Numbered from the stretch's first letter, positions 38,409 to 48,441 are shown. The stretch: DNA of 64,000 nt from Dehalococcoidia bacterium (GCA_963663895.2 CAXXRD010000003.1:64001-128000); one strand, 5' to 3'. Translations and numbers: made by a program. Notes: generated by a model not told the origin, from the letters alone.

Positions 38409-38954
38409 CTAGAGATCGGGGATCCAGGAGAGTGCATCGTCTGAGTGGCCATTGGAGGGCGGGCAGAGATGGGGCTCATCCTTGCCGGTTACGAGAGGGG
38501 TGTCACAGAGCGGGCAAAGGGGTCGGCCGGCAGCGACGGTATGCTCCGCTTGGACAGCGAAGAGGCGCGCCTGCTCCCGCGAGAAAGCTGCGCGCAGCGT
38601 GGGTTGCTGCGCGTCCGTATCGCCGAGGGCTACGGCGTAGAGGGCGAAGGCACCGTTACTCTCGTCATACCCAAGCGCGAGGCGAGCGATCTGGAAGTCA
38701 ATGTCCGGAGCTAAGGGGAAAACGGCAAGCGGGAGCGGATCCGGCCGGCCCCTTTCCCCCGGCCATCGATTCTGGGCGAGCACGCGGCGTACGGCGGTAG
38801 CCAGCGAGTCGACCTGCTCTTTCTCAAGCCAGAGCGAAGCGGACATCTCGTCGTGAGCGATCAAGCGGAGGCGAAACCGGCGCTGGCCGGGCTCGCCGAT
38901 CGCTTCGGCCTCAAGGGAGTTGAGCGGGCCGAGGTCGCGCTGGGCTTCTGCCAT
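38409..38954 (-). CDS. DUF3090 family protein
   Basis: AIGEPGQRRF, LEKEQ, AGRPLCPLC...HLCP.SNGH. Confidence 0.85.
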   Translation of the reverse strand: MAEAQRDLGPLNSLEAEAIGEPGQRRFRLRLIAHDEMSASLWLEKEQVDSLATAVRRVLAQNRWPGERGRPDPLPLAVFPLAPDIDFQIARLALGYDESNGAFALYAVALGDTDAQQPTLRAAFSREQARLFAVQAEHTVAAGRPLCPLCDTPLVTGKDEPHLCPPSNGHSDDALSWIPDL

Positions 38955-39279
38955 AGAAAAAGTCTATACCGCTGGGTGCATAGATCACCGCACCTTCTCG
39001 TGAGCAACCCTGAAATGCAACTCGGGTCGACCGAGACCCGGCGCGTAGCGGTCGCTCGTACGGCACAGAGGCAAGCAGGATCCTTTCCGGCAGCTGGTCT
39101 ACCGATCTCTCCGCCTCCAGCTGGCCGCCTGCTCACCGAGCGCGCACACCATCCTTCGAAGGCTCGACAGAAGCTGGACGGGCCTGCTTAATCTTGGATC
39201 ATCGCAGTGACGACTCGCCGAGCGAGGTACCGCTCCGGCAGAGCAGTTGAAGCAGAGCGGGAGGCGGAGAGCGTTACGA

Positions 39280-39717
39280 ATGACAGCAGAACAGCCCATC
39301 ACAACTGCTGAGCGACGTCTCGCAGCCGCCGCGCATCTCTGCGCGCTGCTGAGCGTGCTTCCGCTGCTGGGCTTGTTTCCAACCGTGGGGATCTACAACC
39401 GGCAGAAGAGAACGTCGCCGTGGGTAGCGCAGCAGGCGGTGCAGGCGGCGCTGTTCCAGGTGGTCACGTTCAATGTGATCTTGGTGCTCTTAGCGATCGT
39501 GATCCCGGTTGCGCTGGTTGGTTGGGGGACGCGGTATGACGGCGGTGACCTGGTGCTGGCGGTCGCGCTCACGGCGCTACCATTCCTTGCCGCGCATTAT
39601 CTGGCCCAAGGCCTGCTGGCCATGCGGGCGGCGCGCTCTCTCCGAACTGGAGAGAACTACCGCTATCGCTGGATAGGCAAACTGGTAGGTCCGGCGGTGA
39701 CAGAGCGCCAGCTCTGA
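39280..39717 (+). CDS. DUF4870-family membrane protein
   Basis: ERRLAAAAHL, QAVQAALFQ, GENYRY. Confidence 0.75.
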   Translation: MTAEQPITTAERRLAAAAHLCALLSVLPLLGLFPTVGIYNRQKRTSPWVAQQAVQAALFQVVTFNVILVLLAIVIPVALVGWGTRYDGGDLVLAVALTALPFLAAHYLAQGLLAMRAARSLRTGENYRYRWIGKLVGPAVTERQL

Positions 39718-40067
39718 GCGAGCGCGCCTGCTGGACGCATGCCGTGCAACCGAACCGGAATCGCGTGTCGCTCGCTTCAACTGGCAAAGCCGGTCTCGGA
39801 CACAGATGCGCTCGGGCACCTTCCGTTAATCTCGAGTAAAACACGTGGCGGTGACGTTGACCGGAGCGCGGCCTCCTTGTGAACTAAGCACGGGTTTCAC
39901 TGGCGGGTTGTTCGTGCGATTGGCATGTACGTCGTCACGAAGAACACCCTTCTTCCCATCTCCAATCGGTTGCAGCCACCTCTTCGTTTAGAGGGAGACG
40001 GGCCGAGCACGCGCGAGCCTTCGCCGCGTGCAGGAGGACGGCGTCTGCCGCGCCGGGAGGCGCCCTA

Positions 40068-40343
40068 ATGGCCATAGCGGTGAAGACCCAGACGGAGCAC
40101 TGCGTCCATCATTGGCTCGTCCGCCCACCGGAGGGCACAACGAGTTGGGCGCGCTGCCGAAAGTGCGGTAAACGAAAGCGGTTCAGCAACTCATTCCAGG
40201 GGCAGGACCGCACGAACAATTCGGACATCTTTGTCGATAACCCGGTCAGCTGGCGGCCGAACTGGCGATCGGCAGCGCCGACCGAGCCACGTGTGCGCGA
40301 GGCATATGAAGCGGCGCGGCTGGCAGGTTGGAGCGCTTCCTAG
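40068..40343 (+). CDS. Small CxHHW...CxxC zinc-binding protein
   Basis: CVHHW...CRKCGKRKRFSN; GGGAGG SD; paralog at 57634-57825. Confidence 0.75.
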   Translation: MAIAVKTQTEHCVHHWLVRPPEGTTSWARCRKCGKRKRFSNSFQGQDRTNNSDIFVDNPVSWRPNWRSAAPTEPRVREAYEAARLAGWSAS

Positions 40344-40478
40344 CGCCCGTATTCCTGCTCGATCGGGGCTTCAGCAATAGGAGGCATGCCAGTCACGCAC
40401 CGGTGGATGTATCGAAAGTCGGCCCGCTAATGGGCGGAGCCGCGTATCACTGAGGGATGGGGGTCTCGGGCTCCGTTT

Positions 40479-40510
40479 GAGCCGGTCCGCGCTGCGGGCC
40501 GGCTCTCTTT
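40479..40510 (+). terminator. Intrinsic terminator
   Basis: GAGCCGGTCCGC-GCT-GCGGGCCGGCTC followed by TCTTT. Confidence 0.7.
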
Positions 40511-40625
40511 ATGGGAGCCGAGCGCTAGGTCTCACGCGCAACGCCAGGCGAAGTCACGAACGCTTGTCAAGGCCGACACCTCTTCGGGTGCAGACCGTGC
40601 GTGCCGAGAACCGTAGTATCGAATC

Positions 40626-40904
40626 ATGACGACCGACAATGACGGCGCTGCTGCCGACTATGAGGTACGGACCGTCCCTTTTGACGAGTGGACGGACTTC
40701 GACACGTTGGTGCACCGGACGGCGATTACCAGCGGTGACTTCGACTACGTGCTCAGCCCACTGTGTCCGGACTGCGGGACGCCGCTGAGACTCTCGTATG
40801 AAGACACGGAGACGGGGGAGTCCGTGTTGGAGGCCCTGATCTGCGACCAGTGCGCATTGTTCTGGCGGACGGCAGCCGCAGGTCCGGGATCAGCGGCGGG
40901 CTAG
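40626..40904 (+). CDS. Small acidic zinc-ribbon protein
   Basis: CPDCG...CDQC; TAGTAT -10 box 6 nt before ATG. Confidence 0.65.
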   Translation: MTTDNDGAAADYEVRTVPFDEWTDFDTLVHRTAITSGDFDYVLSPLCPDCGTPLRLSYEDTETGESVLEALICDQCALFWRTAAAGPGSAAG

Positions 40905-40945
40905 CGGTCGGGCGGTCCCGCCTCACGGAAGCACGAGGTTCACCG

Positions 40946-41968
40946 ATGGTGATCGTGATGAGCACCGAGGCCGCACAAGCCGATGTAGAACGCGTGCTCG
41001 CGTCTCTGGAAGAGCACGGCTGCCAGGGCGAGCTGACCGTGGGAGTGGAGCGGACCATTGTGACCGTTGTCGGCCCCCAGGCGCCGGAGCTGCCGCAAGA
41101 GATGCGCACGCTGCCGCGGGTCGAAAGCGTGGTGCAGCTTGGCAAGTCGTACAAGCTCGCGAGCAAAGATCTTGAGCGTGCGGCATCGTCCGTCGAGATC
41201 GGAAGTGTCTGCGTCAGCGAGGGAAACTTAACGATCATGGCGGGCCCGGGTGCGGTGGAGGAAGGGTATGACCTGGAAGCGCTGGCCGTAGCGCTAAAAG
41301 CAGAGGGGGTGTCTCTGCTGTGGGGGGGAGCGATGCGGCCGGGGCAGTCGCCGTACGCCTTCCGCGGCGCCGGTGAGGAAGGGCTGCAGCGCCTGGCTGT
41401 GGCAGGAGAAGCGGCGGGACTCGCGGTCGTGAGTGAGGTACCGAGCGTCGCCGAGGTGGCGACGATCGCGCCGTACGTCGACGTGATCGAGATCGGCCCG
41501 TTCAATATGCAGAATTTCGGGCTACTCGAAGCGGCAGCCGAGACCGGTCGGGCGATCCTCCTGCACCGAGGGCTCTCGGCAACCGTAGACGAGTGGCTGC
41601 TGAGCGCGGAGCACGTGCTGCACGCGGGGAATGAACGGCTGGTGCTCTGCGAGTCCGGCATTCGTTCCTACGATGCCTCCACACCCGCGACGCTTGATCT
41701 GTCGGCGATACCGGTACTCAAGGAGCTGACGCACCTGCCAGTCTTGGTAGACCCGGCGCGCGGAGCGGGGAGAGCGGATCTGGTGGAGCGGCTGGCCCTG
41801 GCGGCCGTGGCCGCGGGAGCGGATGGTTTAGCGATCGAGGTGCATCCAGCACCGAGTCAGGCACTCGTCGATGGCGCTCAGTCGCTGGCGCTGCAGCAGT
41901 ACGGGGAACTGGTGCAGCGCCTCGATCTGCTGGCACAGGCGCTGGGACGGCCCCTCCAGCGTGTCTGA
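40946..41968 (+). CDS. Type I-beta DAHP synthase homolog with N-terminal ferredoxin-like/ACT domain and degenerate active site
   Basis: Collinear with AroF ([47 protein letters not shown]), but catalytic residues are substituted. Confidence 0.85.
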   Translation: MVIVMSTEAAQADVERVLASLEEHGCQGELTVGVERTIVTVVGPQAPELPQEMRTLPRVESVVQLGKSYKLASKDLERAASSVEIGSVCVSEGNLTIMAGPGAVEEGYDLEALAVALKAEGVSLLWGGAMRPGQSPYAFRGAGEEGLQRLAVAGEAAGLAVVSEVPSVAEVATIAPYVDVIEIGPFNMQNFGLLEAAAETGRAILLHRGLSATVDEWLLSAEHVLHAGNERLVLCESGIRSYDASTPATLDLSAIPVLKELTHLPVLVDPARGAGRADLVERLALAAVAAGADGLAIEVHPAPSQALVDGAQSLALQQYGELVQRLDLLAQALGRPLQRV

Positions 41969-42076
41969 GCAACGGAGACATGATGCCGACAGCAGCCCTA
42001 TGGTCGGTGCAGACAGGCATAATGATCCTGTGAAGCAGGAAGGCGATAGTGCCAGCGAGACGAGAGAGGATCACGG

Positions 42077-42373
42077 ATGAGTATCACCGTGCGTATTCCC
42101 ACGCCGCTGCGGGGGATCACCCGCAACCAGGATGCCGTGACGGCGGAGGCAGTCGACATCGAGACGCTGATCGCGAATCTTGAAGAATCCTACGCAGGGA
42201 TCGCGGCGCGCTTGGTGGACGAGAAGGGCGAGTTGCGACGGTTCGTGAACGTGTTCGTGAACGGCGAGGACGTGCGCTTCTTGCAGGGACTACAGACAAC
42301 CCTCCAAGCTGGCGACGAAGTGAGTATCGTGCCAGCGGTAGCAGGGGGCAGCGTGGCCGGAGGCCGTTCATGA
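42077..42373 (+). CDS. MoaD/ThiS/CysO-like ubiquitin-fold sulfur carrier
   Basis: VRIPTPLR, RRFVNVFVNGEDVRF, IVPAVAGG followed by SVAGGRS extension. Confidence 0.9.
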   Translation: MSITVRIPTPLRGITRNQDAVTAEAVDIETLIANLEESYAGIAARLVDEKGELRRFVNVFVNGEDVRFLQGLQTTLQAGDEVSIVPAVAGGSVAGGRS

Positions 42374-43143
42374 TCCGCACAGATGTCGACGGGCCGATCG
42401 TCACGTTGACGCTCGATCGGCCCGAGAAGATGAACTCGCTCAGCCCTGCGATGTTCAGCGAGCTGGCCCGCTTCTGGCCGGAGTTCGAAGCAGATGAGTC
42501 GCTACACGTGGCGATCGTGACCGGAACCGGACGCGCCTTCTCGTCCGGCCGGGATCTCGTCCGTACCAATGCGGCGCAAGACGAGCGGGAACGCTACGAC
42601 GGCGCCGATCCCGATGCCCCCTTCGCCATCGACCAGATCTCCAAACCCGTGATCGCGGCGATCAACGGCTGGTGCCTGGCGGCGGGGTTCGCACTGGCGT
42701 TGGCCTGCGACCTGCGGATCATGTCAGAGGGGGCCCGGATCGGAAGTGTGGCGCCGCGCCGTGGACTCCTATCTGCGGCCGGGCAGGCCCAGCGGCTCGT
42801 ACGGTACGTTCCGTTCGGGCTCGCGCTGGAATTGCTGCTGCGCGGGAACCACATTGATGCCCACGAGGCGCACCGGATCGGTCTTGTGAACGCGGTCGTG
42901 CCGCCCGATCAACTCCAGTCGACAGCGCGCGCTTGGGCGGAGGAGATCGCGTCGAACGCGCCGCTCTCGGTGCGCTACAACAAGCGTGCCGCCTACGAGG
43001 GCGGGCTATCCTCCAACGGAGCCTTCCAGCGAGGACTGGAGATCGAGGCGGAACTCTACCGCAAGATTCTGCGAACGGAAGATATGCAGGAGGGCGTGCG
43101 GGCCTTCATGGAAGGACGCGCGCCCGTCTACAAGGGTCGCTAG
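42370..43143 (+). CDS. Enoyl-CoA hydratase/isomerase family
   Basis: AFSSGRDL, KPVIAAINGWCLAAG; ATGA overlap with the upstream gene. Confidence 0.88.
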   Translation: MIRTDVDGPIVTLTLDRPEKMNSLSPAMFSELARFWPEFEADESLHVAIVTGTGRAFSSGRDLVRTNAAQDERERYDGADPDAPFAIDQISKPVIAAINGWCLAAGFALALACDLRIMSEGARIGSVAPRRGLLSAAGQAQRLVRYVPFGLALELLLRGNHIDAHEAHRIGLVNAVVPPDQLQSTARAWAEEIASNAPLSVRYNKRAAYEGGLSSNGAFQRGLEIEAELYRKILRTEDMQEGVRAFMEGRAPVYKGR

Positions 43144-43248
43144 CGCAAGGCCGTGCTCCCTTGCAGGCGACGGATCCCGCTCCGGCAATCAGGAAAAGCA
43201 ACCGAACCGCCCCTCTCCGCGTCCGTGCTGGAGCTACCTCGTAGCGCG

Positions 43249-44061
43249 CTAGGGATCGGGGTCCGTAGGAGATCCACCGGTATCATTCACCTCTTCTTCA
43301 TCAAGAAGAGGGATGAGCAAGATCTGGCCAACATGGATGATGTCGAACTCACCGATCTCATTGGCTTCAATGATCGCGTCAACGGAAGAGCCGAGTGCAT
43401 CGGCGATGTCGTAGATCGTGTCCCCGGCAACAACCTCGTAGAGGACCGTGTTGGGCGTTTCGCGCGGTGCATTCACAACCTCGATAGGACGGGCGAGCCC
43501 TGGTTGGGGGTTGGTCGGTGCTTGGATGTCGATAGGATCGCGGCTGGGATCCGCCGTCTCGGCAGCGGGATCGACGGTCGCCGCAGGCTCAGGAACGGCT
43601 GACTTTTCGAAGTCGATGACTCTGGCGTCGGGCGGCTGCTCGGCGACGGGAAGAGGAGCCGTGCCATCTCCTTGTCCGCCGACGGCGTCGCCGATAAAGA
43701 TGATGAGGGCGAGCACGCCAATCGCGCCGGAGACCAAGGTGACATGCACGGAGTCTGGGAGGACCCAGCGACCGCTCCCGTCGGGTCCAGGCAGGCCCAG
43801 GTAAAGCAGGCGAGAACGACGGGAGGGATTGCCACTGCGGAATGGCGCCCCTCGGGGGCTATAGCCGCTCGAGGCGGGGACCACGATGGAATTGGGGACG
43901 GTAGCGGAGTCGATCCACCAGACGATGAGCGATACGAACAGGGTCAGGAGCCCCAACACGAGGAGCCAGATGCCCGATCCCGGCCAACCAATACCGAAGA
44001 TGAGGAGAAGGAGAAAAGCGCCAGTGGCAAGAAAGCCTGCGCTTTTGACGTCGAGGCGCAC
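43249..44061 (-). CDS. Membrane protein with C-terminal LysM domain
   Basis: Three TM segments; YEVVAGDTIYDIA...IIEANEI...IHVGQILLIP. Confidence 0.85.
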   Translation of the reverse strand: MRLDVKSAGFLATGAFLLLLIFGIGWPGSGIWLLVLGLLTLFVSLIVWWIDSATVPNSIVVPASSGYSPRGAPFRSGNPSRRSRLLYLGLPGPDGSGRWVLPDSVHVTLVSGAIGVLALIIFIGDAVGGQGDGTAPLPVAEQPPDARVIDFEKSAVPEPAATVDPAAETADPSRDPIDIQAPTNPQPGLARPIEVVNAPRETPNTVLYEVVAGDTIYDIADALGSSVDAIIEANEIGEFDIIHVGQILLIPLLDEEEVNDTGGSPTDPDP

Positions 44062-44150
44062 GAGCGGCCTCCAAAAGGGCCACCGCCACTATCATATAGT
44101 CTACTCAGCTCTCGCAAGCGCACAAGCGAGATCGCCGATCGGGGAAAGCG

Positions 44151-44495
44151 ATGCCGATCTTCATCGCGCTCGGACAGGTCACGAGCCAGGGCGCACAGAA
44201 CCACGACCATCTGATCGCACGACACGAGGAAGCGGTGAAGCGCGCCACACAACTCGGCGGGCGCGTGCTCAGCTCCTATGCCACGATGGGGCGCTATGAC
44301 TTCGTGGTGACGCTGGACTGCCCGAACATGGAGACGGCGATGCGCATTCTGACCCGGGAAGCCGCCGGCGGAAACATCCGCTATGAAACGATGGCCGCGA
44401 TGCCCACGCGTGACTTCGCGCAACTCTTTCTGGACAAGGCGGCTTTGGAAGAGGAGCATCGCGTGCTGCGCTCTGGCCGGCGCAAGCAATCTTAG
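44151..44495 (+). CDS. GYD-domain protein
   Basis: YATMGRYDFV, GNIRYETM. Confidence 0.85.
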   Translation: MPIFIALGQVTSQGAQNHDHLIARHEEAVKRATQLGGRVLSSYATMGRYDFVVTLDCPNMETAMRILTREAAGGNIRYETMAAMPTRDFAQLFLDKAALEEEHRVLRSGRRKQS

Positions 44496-44648
44496 GACGC
44501 TGGGCGGCGATCCCTTGTCCTTGGCCGCCCCCGAGCAGGAACCACTGTTCCCATGGACCCGTTGCGCGCGCGGAGAGCAGTGGGGCACACTTTGTCCCGT
44601 CTGGTACTCTAGGCGAGCCTCGCAGGGGGCACTCCTCAGGACGAAACG

Positions 44649-45422
44649 GTGATCCGCGCAGTCTCTCGCCATCGCTATGCGATCCGCCTCGGACGGGAAG
44701 TCGCATTAGTCATGGTGGCGTATTGGGCTTACTACCTGGCACGGGCGCTCACAGCAGGCCGTGTCGAAGACGCCTTCGATAACGCCCACATCATCGTTTC
44801 AACTGAGCAAGCGCTGGGGATCTTTGTCGAATTACCTCTGCAGATCGCTCTGCTCGGCTACGACCTGATCGTGCACTTTTTCAGCCTTTGGTACTTCTGG
44901 GGTCATTTCCCATTGATCGCGCTGTTCGGCGTATGGACGTTATTCCGGCACGGGGACGATTACCGTTGGGCTCGCAACGCGATCTTCATTGCGGGAGCGC
45001 TGGCACTGATCGGGTATGCGGCATTCCCGGTCGCGCCGCCGCGGCTGCTGCCTGCAGCGGGCTTCGTCGACACGCTGGATTCGGCTTTCGTCCTGAAATA
45101 CAGCGACTCAACCCTCGTGAATCAGTTCGCGGCGGTACCCAGCATGCACTTCGGATTCGCGGTGATCATTGGAGCGGCGCTGTACCGCATCCTCGGCGGA
45201 CGGCGCGGGGCCGCAGCGGGGCTGCTCATCGCGTCGCTGATGCTGACCAGCATCATCGTGACCGGCAACCACTATTTCCTGGACGCGGTGCTGGGGCTGC
45301 CTCCGGCAATCGCGGGAATGATGCTCGCGACGCGGATCGAGCGCTACCGCTACATTCCCCGTCTTATGGCCTGCCTACAACGATCCCTCCTTGGGGAGAG
45401 AAGGCGCGCACTCCGCGTCTAA
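44649..45422 (+). CDS. PAP2_3 / AUR1-IPT1-like (inositol-phosphoceramide synthase family) membrane phosphotransferase
   Basis: FPVAPPRL, NQFAAVPSMHFG, TGNHYFLD. Confidence 0.82.
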   Translation: MIRAVSRHRYAIRLGREVALVMVAYWAYYLARALTAGRVEDAFDNAHIIVSTEQALGIFVELPLQIALLGYDLIVHFFSLWYFWGHFPLIALFGVWTLFRHGDDYRWARNAIFIAGALALIGYAAFPVAPPRLLPAAGFVDTLDSAFVLKYSDSTLVNQFAAVPSMHFGFAVIIGAALYRILGGRRGAAAGLLIASLMLTSIIVTGNHYFLDAVLGLPPAIAGMMLATRIERYRYIPRLMACLQRSLLGERRRALRV

Positions 45423-45571
45423 CCCCTCTGGGTAATCTTCCAAGAGCAGGTGGCTCGCTCGTCAATAGGCCGGATCGGCTTACACTACGTATGGAGCCGG
45501 CCCGCTCTCGCCCCTGTGGGCGCTCGCTGCGCTTGGCTGAGTCCAGAGGGATGGCAGGGGAGGCGCGAACC

Positions 45572-46849
45572 ATGACCACCGCCGACGACGCTCCGCCTCT
45601 CAACGAGGAGATAGCCAACCTGGCGCTCAATGAGATCGAGGGCCCGCAGAGCCGGTCCCAAAGCGCGGACGTCTTCGAGCGCTTCAAGGGTTTTCGTCTC
45701 GTCGAACAGGTCCGCGCCTTAGGCCTGTATCCCTTCTTCTTGCCGATCGAGGTGAACGAAGGACCCGAGGCCATTATCGACGGCAAGCGAGTCCTGATGC
45801 TGGGATCCAACAACTACCTGGGCCTCACGCGGCACCCCAAGGTCTTGGCGGCGGCCAAGGAGGCGCTAGAGCGGTACGGCCCATCAATGACGGGCTCGCG
45901 GCTGCTGAACGGCACCAGCGTTATCCACGAACAGCTCGAGGAGCGGATCGCTTCGTTCTTGGGATGGGAAGCGGCGCTGATCTGTACGACGGGCTATCAA
46001 GCGAACCTCTGTGTGATCTCCGCCCTCGTTGATCGCGGCGTGACGGCGGTGATCGATAAGATGGATCACGCCAGCATCTACGACGCGGCGGCGCTGGCGC
46101 TGGGCGAGTCGGTACGGTTCCGGCACAACGATGTCGCACATTTGGAGGAGGTGCTCCGGGGACTCCCGGAAACCGCAGGGCGGCTGGTCATCGTGGATGG
46201 GGTCTACTCCATGGGAGGCGACATCGCGCCGCTGCCCGAGATCGCTGCCGTATGTCAGCACTACAAGGCGCGGCTGGTGGTGGACGACGCGCACGCCATC
46301 GGAACCGTGGGGGAGCGTGGCACGGGAACACCCAGCCACTTCGGGATCACCGAGGGGGTCGATATCGTCGTCGGAACCTTTAGCAAGTCGCTCGCCTCAG
46401 TGGGCGGGTTTTGCGCCGGGCCGAAGTACGTGCTGGAGCACATCAAGCATTTCGCTCGCCCCATGATCTTCACGGCGGCCCCTCCCCCGGCTTCGGCGGC
46501 AGCGGCGCTGGCGGCGATCGAGTGCATCGAAGAGGAACCCTGGCGGGTCGCGCGTGTGAAGGAGATCGGAGCGCGGGTGCGCGTGGCTCTCCGCGAGATG
46601 GGCTTCAATATCGGTGCAACGGAGACACCGATCGTTCCGATCATCATCGGCAGCGAGCTCAAAACTGCGCTGTTCTGGCGAGATCTACTGGACAACGGGA
46701 TCTACACGAACGCGGTGGTCGTGCCGGCCGTACCGCGTGGCCAATCCTCGCTGCGGACATCGTACGTAGCGACGCATAGCGACGAACAGATCGAGAGCGC
46801 GCTGGAGCGGTTCGGCGAGCTGGCACGCAAACACGGAATCATCGATTAA
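45572..46849 (+). CDS. spt: Serine palmitoyltransferase-like alpha-oxoamine synthase
   Basis: GLYPFF, LMLGSNNYLGLT, GSRLLNGT, DHASI, DDAH, GTFSKSLAS; GGAGG SD before ATG 45572. Confidence 0.75.
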   Translation: MTTADDAPPLNEEIANLALNEIEGPQSRSQSADVFERFKGFRLVEQVRALGLYPFFLPIEVNEGPEAIIDGKRVLMLGSNNYLGLTRHPKVLAAAKEALERYGPSMTGSRLLNGTSVIHEQLEERIASFLGWEAALICTTGYQANLCVISALVDRGVTAVIDKMDHASIYDAAALALGESVRFRHNDVAHLEEVLRGLPETAGRLVIVDGVYSMGGDIAPLPEIAAVCQHYKARLVVDDAHAIGTVGERGTGTPSHFGITEGVDIVVGTFSKSLASVGGFCAGPKYVLEHIKHFARPMIFTAAPPPASAAAALAAIECIEEEPWRVARVKEIGARVRVALREMGFNIGATETPIVPIIIGSELKTALFWRDLLDNGIYTNAVVVPAVPRGQSSLRTSYVATHSDEQIESALERFGELARKHGIID

Positions 46850-46867
46850 CGGCGAGCAGGTGGCTGA

Positions 46868-47839
46868 GTGCGAGTGCTACTGACCGGGGCCAGTGGATTC
46901 ATCGGCGCACATACGGCGCGCGCGCTCAGCGAGGCGGGACATACCGTTCGAGCGCTCGTGCGGCCGACGAGCGATCGCTCCGGCCTGGCGGACCTGCCAA
47001 TCGAATACGCGGTGGGGGACTTGATCGGGGCTGGCCTGGCGACTGCCTGTGGGGGAATGGACGCGGTTGTGCACCTGGCCGGCCTGACGCGAGCACGCAG
47101 TGAAGCGCACTTCATGCGCGTGAATGGAGAGGGCACGGCGCTGCTCGCGGAGGCCGCTGCGAACGCGGGTGTGCGCCGATTCGTGTACGTTTCCTCGATC
47201 GCGGCGCACGGGCCTGCTGCCCACGACCAGCCGCGCGACCCGTCGGAGCCAGCGCGGCCGGTCTCGCCCTACGGACGCTCGAAAGCGGCCGGAGAGACTG
47301 GAGCACTGGCACGCGCCGACCGGATGGCGGTGCAGGTGCTGCGGCCGCCGCTCGTCTACGGCCCGCGCGACAATGCGCTTCTCCCGTTCTTCCGCATGGC
47401 ACGGTGGCGGATAGTGCCGGTGATGGGCCGAGGCGAGAACCGTCTGTCGCTCATCCATGCACGGGACCTCGCGGAGAGCATCCGGGCATTGCTGGAGAGC
47501 GAACCGGCCCCGGCGGCCTGTTTTCACGCGGCAGGACCCGGGAAGCCCCAGAGTTGGCGCGAGTTGGTAGAAGCGCTGGGAGGGGCGTTGGAGCGCTCGG
47601 TGAACGTGCTGCCCATACCCGCGGCCGGGTTCGTGGGGGCGGCGCTGGTAGCGGAGTCCGGTGCGCGCCTGAGCAAGGGACCGCCGATACTGGATCGTGG
47701 CAAGGTCACCGAGATGCGGCAGCGCTGGATCTGCGATCACGCAGCCCTCACGGCGGCCACGGGCTGGGAGCCGCGCTGTGCACTCGAGGTGGGGCTACGG
47801 GAGACTGCCGCTTGGTACCGAGCGCACGGGTGGCTCTGA
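46868..47839 (+). CDS. NAD(P)-dependent epimerase/dehydratase (extended SDR)
   Basis: TGASGFIG, VSS, YGRSK, RPPLVYGP. Confidence 0.88.
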   Translation: MRVLLTGASGFIGAHTARALSEAGHTVRALVRPTSDRSGLADLPIEYAVGDLIGAGLATACGGMDAVVHLAGLTRARSEAHFMRVNGEGTALLAEAAANAGVRRFVYVSSIAAHGPAAHDQPRDPSEPARPVSPYGRSKAAGETGALARADRMAVQVLRPPLVYGPRDNALLPFFRMARWRIVPVMGRGENRLSLIHARDLAESIRALLESEPAPAACFHAAGPGKPQSWRELVEALGGALERSVNVLPIPAAGFVGAALVAESGARLSKGPPILDRGKVTEMRQRWICDHAALTAATGWEPRCALEVGLRETAAWYRAHGWL

Positions 47840-48433
47840 ATGCCGTCTGGGAACGAGCGGCCATTGCTGTCATTCGACCTCGACGGCGTGCTGGCGGCGC
47901 CACCGTTGGGCCGCAACTTCACGATCCAGCGGCGGCTGGATCTACCCTCGCACGCCCTGGCCACCAGAACGGCGCCCGAGCCGGACCCACGCCCTTCACT
48001 CCACGACCGGCTACTGATCCAAACCTACTTTCGGATACGGTACCGGGGCCGGGAGCCGATGCCCGGGGCGCAGGCAGCGGTCGCCGCCGCTGCGACCCGC
48101 TACCGGGTGATCGTGCTAACCGCGCGCAACTGGAGGGGCCGCAAAGCAACGGAAGCATGGCTGAGGCGACACGGGATCCTGGAGCATGTGGAGCGGGTCG
48201 TGCTCAATAACACCGCCCTTGCGTCAGCAAGGTTCAAGGAGCGCGTGGTCCAGCAGCTCGGAGTGACCCGCCACGTGGAGGACGACGCGGCGACGGCGGC
48301 CCTGGTGGCGCGAGCGGGAATAGCGGTTGATCTGATCGACTGGCCAGGGAATCGCGGGCTGGCCTTCCCGGAAAGAGTAACGCGTCGCGCGAACCTCGCG
48401 GCGCTGACGCGGCCGCTCACAGATGACTGCTAG
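47840..48433 (+). CDS. HAD-superfamily phosphatase
   Basis: FDLDGVL, VLTAR, K, VEDD motifs. Confidence 0.75.
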   Translation: MPSGNERPLLSFDLDGVLAAPPLGRNFTIQRRLDLPSHALATRTAPEPDPRPSLHDRLLIQTYFRIRYRGREPMPGAQAAVAAAATRYRVIVLTARNWRGRKATEAWLRRHGILEHVERVVLNNTALASARFKERVVQQLGVTRHVEDDAATAALVARAGIAVDLIDWPGNRGLAFPERVTRRANLAALTRPLTDDC

Positions 48434-48441
48434 GTCGTGTC

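Noticed and set aside
39877-39900. TTGTGAACTAAGCACG as a Crp or Rex site
   Set aside because: Half-site spacing is one base short and the right half is poor.
40381-40450. Possible c-di-GMP-I riboswitch or small ORF MPVTHRWMYRKSAR
   Set aside because: Lacks the GGCAAAC/GACGCAAAG core; the ORF's AGGAGG is only 1 nt from the ATG.
44888-45571. Apparent 653-aa fusion extending SPT upstream
   Set aside because: The extension overlaps the PAP2_3 gene out of frame and is low-complexity; an SD supports ATG 45572.
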